A stretch of 60,694 bases of DNA from a virus. The stretch lies in IMG/VR virus record IMGVR_UViG_3300026774_000001, positions 1 to 60,694 of that record; one strand, 5' to 3'. Position 1 is the stretch's first letter. Every line of letters starts with the position of its first letter. Under the pieces are notes generated by a model. It made no database searches. It saw only the letters and a list, made by a program, of their open reading frames with translations, and had not been told where the DNA came from. The translations under genes and the position numbers were made by a program. Shown in pieces: positions 49,496 through 57,234 of this stretch.

Positions 49496-49675
49496 ATGGC
49501 TCGGAAAGTTCCCAAGCGCGACTACGGGCAGGCCAAGGCCGCCCCCGCTCGCCCGGCGTCGAACTGGAGTCCGTTTGCGGCTCCGAAGGGTCGGCAGGAC
49601 ATCGCCGATAACGTCGAGTACACAGCCTTCGACCGCGTGAAGCGCGAATGGTTCACGCACAAGCCGAAGCGCTAG
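49496..49675 (+). CDS. basic hypothetical protein (59 aa)
   Basis: SD gagagga; ORF track starts at 49490. Confidence 0.55.
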   Translation: MARKVPKRDYGQAKAAPARPASNWSPFAAPKGRQDIADNVEYTAFDRVKREWFTHKPKR

Positions 49676-49682
49676 CAACGAG

Positions 49683-49708
49683 CCCCGCACCTTTCGGTGC
49701 GGGGTTTT
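49683..49708 (+). terminator. intrinsic terminator ccccgcacc / ggtgcgggg + TTTT
   Basis: 9-bp stem and T tract. Confidence 0.7.
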
Positions 49709-49716
49709 GCTATACT
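49708..49716 (+). promoter_or_regulatory. extended -10 box TGcTATACT
   Basis: Abuts terminator T tract. Confidence 0.45.
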
Positions 49717-49754
49717 CGGGGAACGACCACAGGATCACGACGAAAGGATATGAC

Positions 49755-50168
49755 ATGCCCGAATACATGACTGACGCGCGGCTAGCCGAGATTCGAGACG
49801 CTGAGTCCCGAAACCTCGCGAAGCTCTTCGACAGCACCGTTACCGAACTGCTCGCCGAAGTCGATCGCCTGCGCGCCGAGCTGACCGCAACCAAACGCGA
49901 ACGTGACGACATCGCTACACGTTTCAGCGCGCGAGTCGTGATCGGCGAGACCATCGGCGAACTGATGGACAAGCATGACCGGCTTCGCGCCGAACTCGAC
50001 AAGACCAGACGCGAGTGCAAAGACATGCGCGATTCCCTCACGGATGAACGTGACACACTGCTGTCAGAGTTGCACGCAACCAAGACGGGTCGTTCCGAGA
50101 ACAACGGCGTCGGGGATGTCGCCAAGCACATCCAGGCCGAGACCATCAATGATCTGCGTCTGAACTAG
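49755..50168 (+). CDS. coiled-coil protein (137 aa)
   Basis: ATG 49755 with SD gaaagga. Confidence 0.65.
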   Translation: MPEYMTDARLAEIRDAESRNLAKLFDSTVTELLAEVDRLRAELTATKRERDDIATRFSARVVIGETIGELMDKHDRLRAELDKTRRECKDMRDSLTDERDTLLSELHATKTGRSENNGVGDVAKHIQAETINDLRLN

Positions 50169-50174
50169 CCGTAA

Positions 50175-50199
50175 CCCCCACCCGCAAGGGTGGGGGTTT
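50175..50199 (+). terminator. intrinsic terminator cccccaccc / gggtggggg + TTT
   Basis: 9-bp stem, GCAA loop. Confidence 0.7.
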
Positions 50200-50200
50200 C

Positions 50201-50209
50201 TGGTATGCT
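50201..50209 (+). promoter_or_regulatory. extended -10 box TGgTATGCT
   Basis: Abuts terminator. Confidence 0.45.
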
Positions 50210-50242
50210 GGACCAAAGACACCATGACGAGAGGACACGAGC

Positions 50243-50320
50243 ATGACGAACACTCGATGCGGTAGCTGCTCTTCGCTCTGCCCGACCTGCAACCCCAAGC
50301 CGAACGGGGGCGGGAAGTGA
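50243..50320 (+). CDS. Cys-rich micro-ORF (25 aa) MTNTRCGSCSSLCPTCNPKPNGGGK
   Basis: SD gagagga; GTGA overlap with next gene. Confidence 0.3.
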   Translation: MTNTRCGSCSSLCPTCNPKPNGGGK

Positions 50321-50532
50321 CCACCGAAGACACACGTCACCATACTGCGCTCATGGCGGTAGCGGGGTGTTCTTCGAACCTGATTCAGTTCTGGTCGGAA
50401 ACGAGCAACGACGGTCGTAATTACCTGCTATCTGAACTCGCGAAGTCGCTCCGCAATCTCGAATACGTCGAAGCGAAGCTGGGTCTGAGCATCGACGGAC
50501 GACCGGACGGTAGTAGTGATGGGCAAGCCTGA
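50317..50532 (+). CDS. hypothetical protein (71 aa)
   Basis: ORF track (GTG start). Confidence 0.55.
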   Translation: MTTEDTRHHTALMAVAGCSSNLIQFWSETSNDGRNYLLSELAKSLRNLEYVEAKLGLSIDGRPDGSSDGQA

Positions 50533-50854
50533 GATCATCGGATACCAGGCGGACCCGCTCAACTGGTCAGCGCCGAGCCTGCCTTCTATCTCCATTGACG
50601 CGGATGGACTGTGGGTGGAGAGGAATGGCACTCGTCGCCATCTCCCACCGGAAAGCGTCGATGAGTTCTACCTGCGCCACGGGTACAAGCGGGTCTACAA
50701 GCCTCGGGAGTTTCACGCCAAGCCCGCGTACGGCGGTTACCGCATCCACTGCAGAACATGCGACACGACGACACTGACATCGGGGTACCTTCCGCACGAC
50801 TCCGCGAAAATGCACGCTGAACGAGAACACCATTACAGCACTACCTGGTCTTGA
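50516..50854 (+). CDS. hypothetical protein (112 aa)
   Basis: ORF track. Confidence 0.6.
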   Translation: MMGKPEIIGYQADPLNWSAPSLPSISIDADGLWVERNGTRRHLPPESVDEFYLRHGYKRVYKPREFHAKPAYGGYRIHCRTCDTTTLTSGYLPHDSAKMHAEREHHYSTTWS

Positions 50855-50856
50855 CC

Positions 50857-50865
50857 TGGTAGAAT
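50857..50865 (+). promoter_or_regulatory. extended -10 box TGgTAGAAT driving a probable leaderless mRNA
   Basis: Only 6 nt between -10 and ATG 50872, no SD. Confidence 0.45.
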
Positions 50866-50871
50866 AGTCGC

Positions 50872-51078
50872 ATGTACACCACCATCGTCGGGGACTGGTC
50901 CGTCGAGACTACTCACGACATCGACCCCGAGTCGCAGGATTATGAGGCCGCGTGCGCTGATGCCGTGCAGCCCACCATCGCTTTTGCACAGGACTGGGGT
51001 TCTTCGGCTCACGGTAACCAGTTCGAGGATCCCCCGGGCGTCGAGCACGCGATCGTGGTGCGGAAGATCGAGCCGTGA
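50872..51078 (+). CDS. acidic hypothetical protein (68 aa)
   Basis: ORF track. Confidence 0.55.
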   Translation: MYTTIVGDWSVETTHDIDPESQDYEAACADAVQPTIAFAQDWGSSAHGNQFEDPPGVEHAIVVRKIEP

Positions 51079-51102
51079 GATAGGGTCGAAACGCGTCCGA
51101 GA

Positions 51103-51129
51103 GGCCCCGCGCTTGGAGTGTGCGGGGCC
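51103..51129. terminator. bidirectional stem-loop ggccccgc / gcggggcc
   Basis: Between convergent genes 50872..51078 (+) and 51138..51341 (-). Confidence 0.6.
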
Positions 51130-51137
51130 TTCCGCGT

Positions 51138-51341
51138 CTACGGCTCCATGATCTCCCCGCGTCGCACGTTCGCCCGGAACCACGCCGTGAACTCCGGTGT
51201 CATCTCCCCGTCTGCGATCTTCTTGGCGTACCGGTCGTACCCACGCGGGTGCATGACCCACGCGGGTGCCTCGCAGCGGTAGTTGTCCTGGAGCTGGTGG
51301 TAAAAGTCTTGCAGTACCGTCTTCATGTCGTCATGTTCCAT
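51138..51341 (-). CDS. hypothetical protein (67 aa), lone minus-strand gene in plus block
   Basis: ORF track. Confidence 0.55.
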   Translation of the reverse strand: MEHDDMKTVLQDFYHQLQDNYRCEAPAWVMHPRGYDRYAKKIADGEMTPEFTAWFRANVRRGEIMEP

Positions 51342-51480
51342 GTGATGAGCTTATCATGCCTGGTCAACGCGGTATGTTACCGTGCGCATCGGAGTCGGGA
51401 AACTTTCTGCGAGAAATCTTGCTCCAGGGGTTGCAACGGGGAGCGGAGCGGGATAGGGTTGCGGAAAGACGAAAGGACCA

Positions 51481-51681
51481 ATGATGCAGGACAACTACGA
51501 CGCCGAAGCGAACCAACTCGACCGGGGATTCAGCCCGTGCCCGCACTGCACCACGGCCTACTACCTGCAGTGCCATGAGTGCCTGAACGAGACCTACCGA
51601 AGCGCCGCTAACCACCTCGGTTGGCGCATGGATCATGTGGGCGGATACGGCTGCATTGCCCTCTGCCCCGACCACCGTTAG
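51481..51681 (+). CDS. zinc-finger protein (66 aa)
   Basis: CPHC...CHEC...C..CPDH; SD gaaagga. Confidence 0.55.
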   Translation: MMQDNYDAEANQLDRGFSPCPHCTTAYYLQCHECLNETYRSAANHLGWRMDHVGGYGCIALCPDHR

Positions 51682-51703
51682 GCATGATGAGAGGACCAAA
51701 GAT

Positions 51704-52045
51704 ATGGAAATCATCGACACCGAACTGACCACCCGGGAAATCGCCGACCGACTTGCAGGCAAAATGCAGCACACCGGCCCCGTCACGCTCGTGATCGCAC
51801 CCGACCGCACCACCGAGCGCGAAAAGCGCTCCCGTTCCTACGGCAACGCCTACAGCCGATACAAGCACCTCGACATCGCGTCGTCGGGTGACTTCCCGGA
51901 CATCGAAACCGCCCGCGCCGCCGCTGTCGACGTTCTCACCAGCAGAGGAGCCGCGGCCGAGGACATCGAAGCAGTCCGCGCCATCAAGTTCGGTCGGGGC
52001 ATCACCGCGGCCGGGCTCTACCTCCTCATTCGCGAGACCGACTGA
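51704..52045 (+). CDS. hypothetical protein (113 aa)
   Basis: ATG 51704 with SD gagagga. Confidence 0.6.
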   Translation: MEIIDTELTTREIADRLAGKMQHTGPVTLVIAPDRTTEREKRSRSYGNAYSRYKHLDIASSGDFPDIETARAAAVDVLTSRGAAAEDIEAVRAIKFGRGITAAGLYLLIRETD

Positions 52046-52126
52046 ACGGATCTTCGCACAAGACGCGGAGTAGCCGAAAAGAATCTGAGAAAGTTGCCCC
52101 ACCCGCTTGCCACGATGGCAGGCGGG

Positions 52127-52135
52127 TGTTAGGCT
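52127..52135 (+). promoter_or_regulatory. extended -10 box TGtTAGGCT
   Basis: Follows hairpin cacccgc / gcgggtg. Confidence 0.4.
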
Positions 52136-52166
52136 TTGGAGGTAAGCAACGATCAACGACGCGAGG

Positions 52167-52532
52167 ATGAAGATCATGAACAACTCTTCCACCACCCAGA
52201 CCATCGCCCAGTCCGTCCGGGAATCCCTGGAACTCCTCTTCATCGAGGTCTCCCGCGACCCCTTCGGCGATGAGGCCAAGTACGGCTCGCGCATGATCGT
52301 CCGGGCGTACGGCGAGCGCGTCTCGTCAGCAGTGCGCGAGATCATCGAGGCCGGTACCGCCCAGAACAAGTACCTCGCCGAGATGGACAAGCTCAACGAC
52401 ATGGAGCGCACCGAAGGTGCGAACGAGATGTTCGACATGGCTTACGAGCTGTGCGAACTCCAGTCGGACCTCTGCGAGTTCATCGCCGAGCAGGCTTCGA
52501 AGTCGTTCATGTCGCTCGCCGACGTTCTCTAG
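52167..52532 (+). CDS. hypothetical protein (121 aa)
   Basis: ORF track. Confidence 0.65.
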   Translation: MKIMNNSSTTQTIAQSVRESLELLFIEVSRDPFGDEAKYGSRMIVRAYGERVSSAVREIIEAGTAQNKYLAEMDKLNDMERTEGANEMFDMAYELCELQSDLCEFIAEQASKSFMSLADVL

Positions 52533-52533
52533 C

Positions 52534-52551
52534 CACACACACACACACACA
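52534..52551. repeat. (CA)9 dinucleotide microsatellite
   Basis: cacacacacacacacaca directly after stop 52532. Confidence 0.95.
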
Positions 52552-52554
52552 CCA

Positions 52555-52580
52555 CGGGACCCCGAAAGTGGTCCCGTTTC
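52555..52580 (+). terminator. intrinsic terminator cgggacc / ggtcccg + TTT
   Basis: 7-bp stem then tttc. Confidence 0.65.
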
Positions 52581-52596
52581 GCTATCAGGAGGAAGC

Positions 52597-53088
52597 ATGA
52601 CCGAGACCGAAGACAACCGCACCAGAGAAGAACTGGTCACGGAACTGCGAGCGGCGTACGCCGAGATCAGCAGGCAGCAAGACGCGTTGCACCTGGCGTG
52701 GCAGAAAGAGCGCGACGCGTACCGAGAGGAGGCTGCGCAAGCGCGTCGGGAGGCGTGGCGCGTCGTCACGTTCAATCCGCAGTTGTACGTCATGAGCCAC
52801 GTGGAAAACGAGTTCAAGTTGCTCATGAGCGCTGCGCGGGGTCACAAGTGCACCAAGGGTGGCACCGATATGGCCGAAACCCACGCGGCGATGCGTGCGT
52901 TCTGGGATCAGTACCGCTCAGTCGAAGGCAGTGCAGATGTCAGCGCTGCGGTTGAGATCAAGCGGCTGCGCGAGTACATGCAGGAGGTCGGGAGCCAGCT
53001 CCACGCGGATACCGAACCGGACGAGTATGGGGATGGCTGCCCGTGTGTGGGGTGTGATCTAGTTCGGGGGATCGATGCGAACGTGTAA
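52597..53088 (+). CDS. hypothetical protein (163 aa), coiled-coil N-half, CPCVGC near C-terminus
   Basis: ATG 52597 with SD aggagga. Confidence 0.65.
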   Translation: MTETEDNRTREELVTELRAAYAEISRQQDALHLAWQKERDAYREEAAQARREAWRVVTFNPQLYVMSHVENEFKLLMSAARGHKCTKGGTDMAETHAAMRAFWDQYRSVEGSADVSAAVEIKRLREYMQEVGSQLHADTEPDEYGDGCPCVGCDLVRGIDANV

Positions 53089-53216
53089 GCGCTTGCCAGA
53101 CTGGGGAGTGACCTGACTCAACACGCAATTAGGGGCTCTGCACCGGCCAGCCGCCCGAAAAAGAAAAACCCTTTCAAATCGGGCATCGACCCCGGCCACC
53201 TGGGCCCCGCGATCTG

Positions 53217-53225
53217 TGATATCCT
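53217..53225 (+). promoter_or_regulatory. extended -10 box TGaTATCCT
   Basis: 22 nt upstream of ATG 53247. Confidence 0.35.
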
Positions 53226-53246
53226 GGTCATTCACGATGAAAGGAC

Positions 53247-53465
53247 ATGATGATGGGCAACAAAGAAGAGGAAGCCAAGCGCAGGCTCTTGAAGGGGCTC
53301 ACTGACCCCGCCAAGCACAACCCCTACCACAAGGCGCAGCTCAAGAAGGATGCCGACAAGGCGAAGGCTGTCAAGGCCGCGCTTGCCAAGCGCAAGGGCA
53401 AGCACACCAAGCGTCGCGACGATGGTAACGATGGTGTGATTGACACAGGCATGTTCGGTCGGTAA
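53247..53465 (+). CDS. Lys-rich basic protein (72 aa)
   Basis: ORF track; SD gaaagga. Confidence 0.55.
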   Translation: MMMGNKEEEAKRRLLKGLTDPAKHNPYHKAQLKKDADKAKAVKAALAKRKGKHTKRRDDGNDGVIDTGMFGR

Positions 53466-53481
53466 CCACATAGCTACACAC

Positions 53482-53510
53482 AGGGGCATCCCGCCATGGG
53501 GTGCCCCTTC
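53482..53510 (+). terminator. stem-loop ggggca / tgcccc + TTCT
   Basis: End of rightward small-gene block; nested in longer imperfect inverted repeat agctacacacaggg / ccctgtgtagct. Confidence 0.45.
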
Positions 53511-53659
53511 TCTATGCCCTGTGTAGCTCTCTAAGGGCTTGACCCTGCATACCCTAACCCGTGTAAGCATCTCGCCCGTGAGGCCGCCAGCGTGCCGCAC
53601 AGCGGCCGGACGGGCTATGTACGTCTAGGACTACGGCCCGCGCTGGCAGGCTTGGCCCT

Positions 53660-53781
53660 GGGAATTCCCGGGAACATAGGTGGGAACAGGACCCATGTGC
53701 TGACATATGGCCTGACCTGCAATTCCTACCAAACAACATAACTTTCGGGAAGTGTTGTTCCCACAACCGTTCCCAGTTCCC
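53660..53781. repeat. inverted clusters of hexamer GGGAAC (3 forward, 3 reverse)
   Basis: GGGAAT/GGGAAC at 53660, 53670, 53682; GTTCCC at 53757, 53769, 53776; non-coding region. Confidence 0.6.
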
Positions 53782-53783
53782 GC

Positions 53784-53808
53784 CAAAGTTGAGCCACCAA
53801 GGCTCAAC
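53784..53808 (-). terminator. terminator of leftward replication block
   Basis: gttgagcc / ggctcaac stem overlapping stop 53804, TTT on minus strand. Confidence 0.55.
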
Positions 53809-54307
53809 TCTCAATACCGGGACGTTCCGGGAACTTGCCACCCATGGACGCATGACGGGACGAAAGCTCGCGCCCAACCTCCGCCAGCGCGGTGCGCAAC
53901 TCCACGGTGGCCGCGGCCCACTGCTCGTCCGTCAATTCCGCGGCCTGTAGGGCCCTCTGGAGGACTCCGGCGATCATCCGCGCCTCTGCTTGCACACTCT
54001 CGATGTAACGCTCTGAGAGGCCCGCTGAGACGGCCGCACGGGCCACCTGCGCCCCGTGGGCGCGTTCCTCCCGCCCGAGGCGCACCCACTCCCGCAACTC
54101 GCGCCCTGCGCGGCTCCGCGCGATCTCGAATTTCTCGGGCTCCCAGTCGTGCTCCTGCGCCTCCAACTCGGCTTCACGTTGGATCTCTTTGCCGATCCGT
54201 TCCTCAAGCCACAGGATCCGGTACCCGGATCGCCGAACCTCGCTCAGGATCGCGTCCCACGGGGCAACGTCGACTTCGCCCTTATGCGGCATCTGCTTGG
54301 CACTCAT
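53804..54307 (-). CDS. helical Glu/Arg/Ala-rich protein (167 aa), unknown function; candidate iteron-binding protein
   Basis: ORF track; starts immediately below the iteron region. Confidence 0.6.
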   Translation of the reverse strand: MSAKQMPHKGEVDVAPWDAILSEVRRSGYRILWLEERIGKEIQREAELEAQEHDWEPEKFEIARSRAGRELREWVRLGREERAHGAQVARAAVSAGLSERYIESVQAEARMIAGVLQRALQAAELTDEQWAAATVELRTALAEVGRELSSRHASMGGKFPERPGIES

Positions 54308-54364
54308 GCGTTTTCCCAGCTCCTAGCGTTTTCGTGTCTCGGATTGTGCCCCTGACCAGGCGAT

Positions 54365-54824
54365 GCAGGGGTAGAACAGGGGTAGAAATTCTACCTCTGC
54401 AGGGTCTGACCTGCGAAAACAGGCCAAATGCAGGGGTAGACAGGGGTAAAACGCGTGTTTGCTCACCACCTATAAGAGCACAGTAATATATTACTCTATT
54501 TCTCATGTACATTAATCATCATTCTACCCCTGGCTACCTCTGCAGTATTTTAGTGTTTTCCCTAGTAGAAGTACTTGGAAAGCCTTTTCCAAGTCTGCAG
54601 AGGTACCGAGGTCACAGCCCCAATCTACCCCTGATCTACCTCTGCATTTACCCCTGCTACCCCTGCAAACTCGCCGGACGAGCATACTCTCAGTAGTTCC
54701 GTCATAACTTTCGCCTTCACGCTTCGAAGCCGCTATAGGTACTCACAGTGAAACCGGACAAAAAATGCAGGGGTAGTGCAGGGGTAGCAGGATCTACCCC
54801 TGCACACCTCCGCGCTACCCCTGC
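54365..54824. repeat. iteron array (16 copies of GCAGRGGTAG) flanking an AT-rich core; putative origin of replication
   Basis: Forward copies 54365, 54376, 54430, 54440, 54597, 54767, 54778; reverse 54391, 54524, 54534, 54625, 54636, 54648, 54657, 54794, 54815; AT-rich 54471-54523. Confidence 0.7.
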
Positions 54825-54843
54825 ATTCACGCAGTGCACGCAT

Positions 54844-56556
54844 TCACCTACTGCTAGTCTCGATCGTCCACAGGTATCCGGCCCGCGTGGACTTCTCGCT
54901 CTTGCACACCATGATGTCCCTGAACCAGGTCCGGTCCTTGTAGTCCAAGAACTTGGTGAGCGAGCTTTTGAACGACGCGTCGGAGAACCCGTTCCACCGG
55001 TGGGCGAGCGCGTTCGGCATGGCGTCCTGCAGGTCGGTACCGAACTTGAGTGCGTCCACGATCTCCCGGCACGTGATCGGCTTCGTGCCGAACTGCGATC
55101 GGAGCGCGTGCAGGAACACCCACCATTCCTCATCCTCGGCGGTCATGCCGAGCTGTGTCGACGTGGCGTCGAACTCGTCGCCGAGTCCTGCGTGCTGCAG
55201 GATGCCCGAAACCATCTGACGCCACTGGGCGTATGAGTCCGAACTCGTGGCCGCTGGCATCTGCGCACCCGCGTACAGCCATGACCGGATCACGGTCATG
55301 AGCGCTGACAGGTACGGGCCGCGGTTGTTCGACATCCATCCGACAGGGTTGGCGATTTGGAATCCGGTACGCTTCTCGGGTTCGGGACCGGCGTCGAGCC
55401 GGATCTTGAGGACACGCCGCGCCATGTCCCCTCCGAAGGTGACGTTGTTGCCCGTCACCATCCACAACCTGTCGTTGGGCAGGATCGCGTCAACGTTCCC
55501 GCCGAGCAGTCGGTCTGACCAGGTTTCAGCGGTGAGCAGCGCTTCAAGCGATGCCGACTTGACCATGCCGCGCACGTTGTCGAACACGATGATCCCTTCG
55601 GAGCCGAGCAGCGCCGTGGTGATCGTCTTCTTCATCTCAGACTCTTTGTCGGGCAGGGAGCCGCGGAGGGTACCGCCGTGGAGTTTGCGGAGCATGCCGA
55701 CGAGGAATCCTTTACCCGAACCGGAGTTGCGCGCCCCGACCTCGACCATCTTGTACGGTGCGGGAGAGAGGTAGCGCAGCAGCGGGGTGAACGCGCAGCC
55801 GAACCAGTTGCACCGGTCGGCTTCGGTTTCGAACGGGAACTGCGAGAACGGGTACTTGATAAGCGTTGCGGCTTCAAACAGTGCTTGCCGCGTGGGCTCT
55901 TCGGGGACATGGATTTTCAACCCCTCTTCGGGCTGGTACAGCATCTTGGTAACCGAGTCGTAACCGGGCTGGTCGATGAGTTCGCCATCAGCGCGGAACA
56001 GGGGGATGCTGGTGATCCCTTGGATCTCGCGCGCGTTGTTCAGTCGGTGAACGGCTCCGATTGCGTTTTCAGCAGGCACCAAAGGGAAGTTGATGTCAAC
56101 TTCCCCCCTGTCTTTCACGTGCTTGATCGACCGGAACGTGTAGTCGATTTCAGCGCGCAACTGCTTGGCGTTCAGCGGTTGAATCGCGCCGGGGATGATG
56201 CGGACCAGGTTGCCCTGCCTGCGAAACAGGTGATCGAGTTCACCGACGCCGACACGACGAGAAAGCCACAGGTGCAGACTTGCGGGCTCCGTGGCATCGC
56301 ACAGGGGGCGATCGGCGTCGGTGACCGCGGAGTCGTTGACAACTGCGGGAACGGTAACGGAGGGTTCTGGAACGTCGTCCGCGATATCGCCGAACATCAT
56401 CCGACGAAGATCGTCACTTGATGCACTGGTAGTATTAGTGCTATCATCTTCCATGAATAAATCCTTTGAGGCCATATTGCGTTGGTTTGCGAGGGTGGCA
56501 CTATGCCGAGTGCCGACGAGCAGGGCCCTAGTTTCCGCTAGGGCCCTGCCGCACAT
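54844..56556 (-). CDS. D5/P4-type (SF3-like) replicative helicase / primase-associated NTPase (570 aa)
   Basis: Walker A GARNSGSGKG, Walker B IIVFDNVRG; TGATG coupling with upstream gene. Confidence 0.65.
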   Translation of the reverse strand: MCGRALAETRALLVGTRHSATLANQRNMASKDLFMEDDSTNTTSASSDDLRRMMFGDIADDVPEPSVTVPAVVNDSAVTDADRPLCDATEPASLHLWLSRRVGVGELDHLFRRQGNLVRIIPGAIQPLNAKQLRAEIDYTFRSIKHVKDRGEVDINFPLVPAENAIGAVHRLNNAREIQGITSIPLFRADGELIDQPGYDSVTKMLYQPEEGLKIHVPEEPTRQALFEAATLIKYPFSQFPFETEADRCNWFGCAFTPLLRYLSPAPYKMVEVGARNSGSGKGFLVGMLRKLHGGTLRGSLPDKESEMKKTITTALLGSEGIIVFDNVRGMVKSASLEALLTAETWSDRLLGGNVDAILPNDRLWMVTGNNVTFGGDMARRVLKIRLDAGPEPEKRTGFQIANPVGWMSNNRGPYLSALMTVIRSWLYAGAQMPAATSSDSYAQWRQMVSGILQHAGLGDEFDATSTQLGMTAEDEEWWVFLHALRSQFGTKPITCREIVDALKFGTDLQDAMPNALAHRWNGFSDASFKSSLTKFLDYKDRTWFRDIMVCKSEKSTRAGYLWTIETSSR

Positions 56557-56912
56557 CAGGAGGACGACCGATTGCGGCGCGCTTCATACTCGCGGCGCAT
56601 CCGCTCGGTTCGATCGTGGTTTTCCTGCATGTACTTGAGCGCTTCGTCGGGGTTCGGGTACTCGCCTTCATAGGGGATCACCACGGTTCCGTCAGGCCGT
56701 TGGAACGCGCCAGCCACCTGATCGTCGGTGTCGCAGATGGGATCGGTAGTGCAGGTGTGCTCGTTGTCCTCAAGCTTGACGTGCACTGCCCACGCGATGA
56801 TCGGACCGGTTACCCATTCGCAGGGACGATTGTCATCGTCGGTCACGATGTGCAGGGCAATGTATCCTGGCTGGGCAGGAATAATGCTATGAGCGGTGCT
56901 GATGCCTTCCAT
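56556..56912 (-). CDS. hypothetical protein (118 aa)
   Basis: ORF track. Confidence 0.65.
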   Translation of the reverse strand: MEGISTAHSIIPAQPGYIALHIVTDDDNRPCEWVTGPIIAWAVHVKLEDNEHTCTTDPICDTDDQVAGAFQRPDGTVVIPYEGEYPNPDEALKYMQENHDRTERMRREYEARRNRSSS

Positions 56913-56917
56913 GCTGC

Positions 56918-57091
56918 TTAATCCTCCTCATCGTTCTCTTTGATCGGAACGAGCCGGTAGCCCAGCGCTTTCGCGTGGCCTTCGACCATGTGCAGTCGCT
57001 GCTTGTGTTTCGCGTCGTCACCGGCGTCACCCCATCGGGCGTTGGCTGCGTTACGCGCCCGTTCTACGCGCTGCGCTTTCGTGAGTGCCAC
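56918..57091 (-). CDS. small protein (57 aa), paralog of 58528..58701
   Basis: GTG with SD gagagga; VALTKAQRVERARNAANARWG...LGYRLVPIKENDEED. Confidence 0.5.
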   Translation of the reverse strand: MALTKAQRVERARNAANARWGDAGDDAKHKQRLHMVEGHAKALGYRLVPIKENDEED

Positions 57092-57148
57092 AGAGTCTAT
57101 CCTCTCGTCGGTGCCGGTCTGCCCGTGGCAATCGGCTCGTGTGCATAT

Positions 57149-57157
57149 ATGCTATCA
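57149..57157 (-). promoter_or_regulatory. extended -10 box TGaTAGCAT (minus strand)
   Basis: Reverse complement of atgctatca; upstream of GTG 57091. Confidence 0.4.
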
Positions 57158-57234
57158 CGACTCAGGCGACAACATCATCGGGTAGGATAGAGCTGTGCCC
57201 CGGCTCCTCACCCGAAGTCGGGGCACTGTTGCGT

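Noticed and set aside
50243-50320. 25-aa Cys-rich peptide (CGSCSSLCPTC) as a RiPP or lanthipeptide precursor
   Set aside because: No modifying enzymes (LanM/LanB/radical SAM), transporter or leader-core organisation lie nearby. I kept it only as a low-confidence micro-ORF.
53554-53877. 107-aa minus-strand ORF covering the non-coding region 53530-53803
   Set aside because: It overlaps the 3' end and terminator of gene 53804..54307 in another frame, has no SD, and its composition (Arg/Trp/Ser/Pro-rich) is not protein-like.
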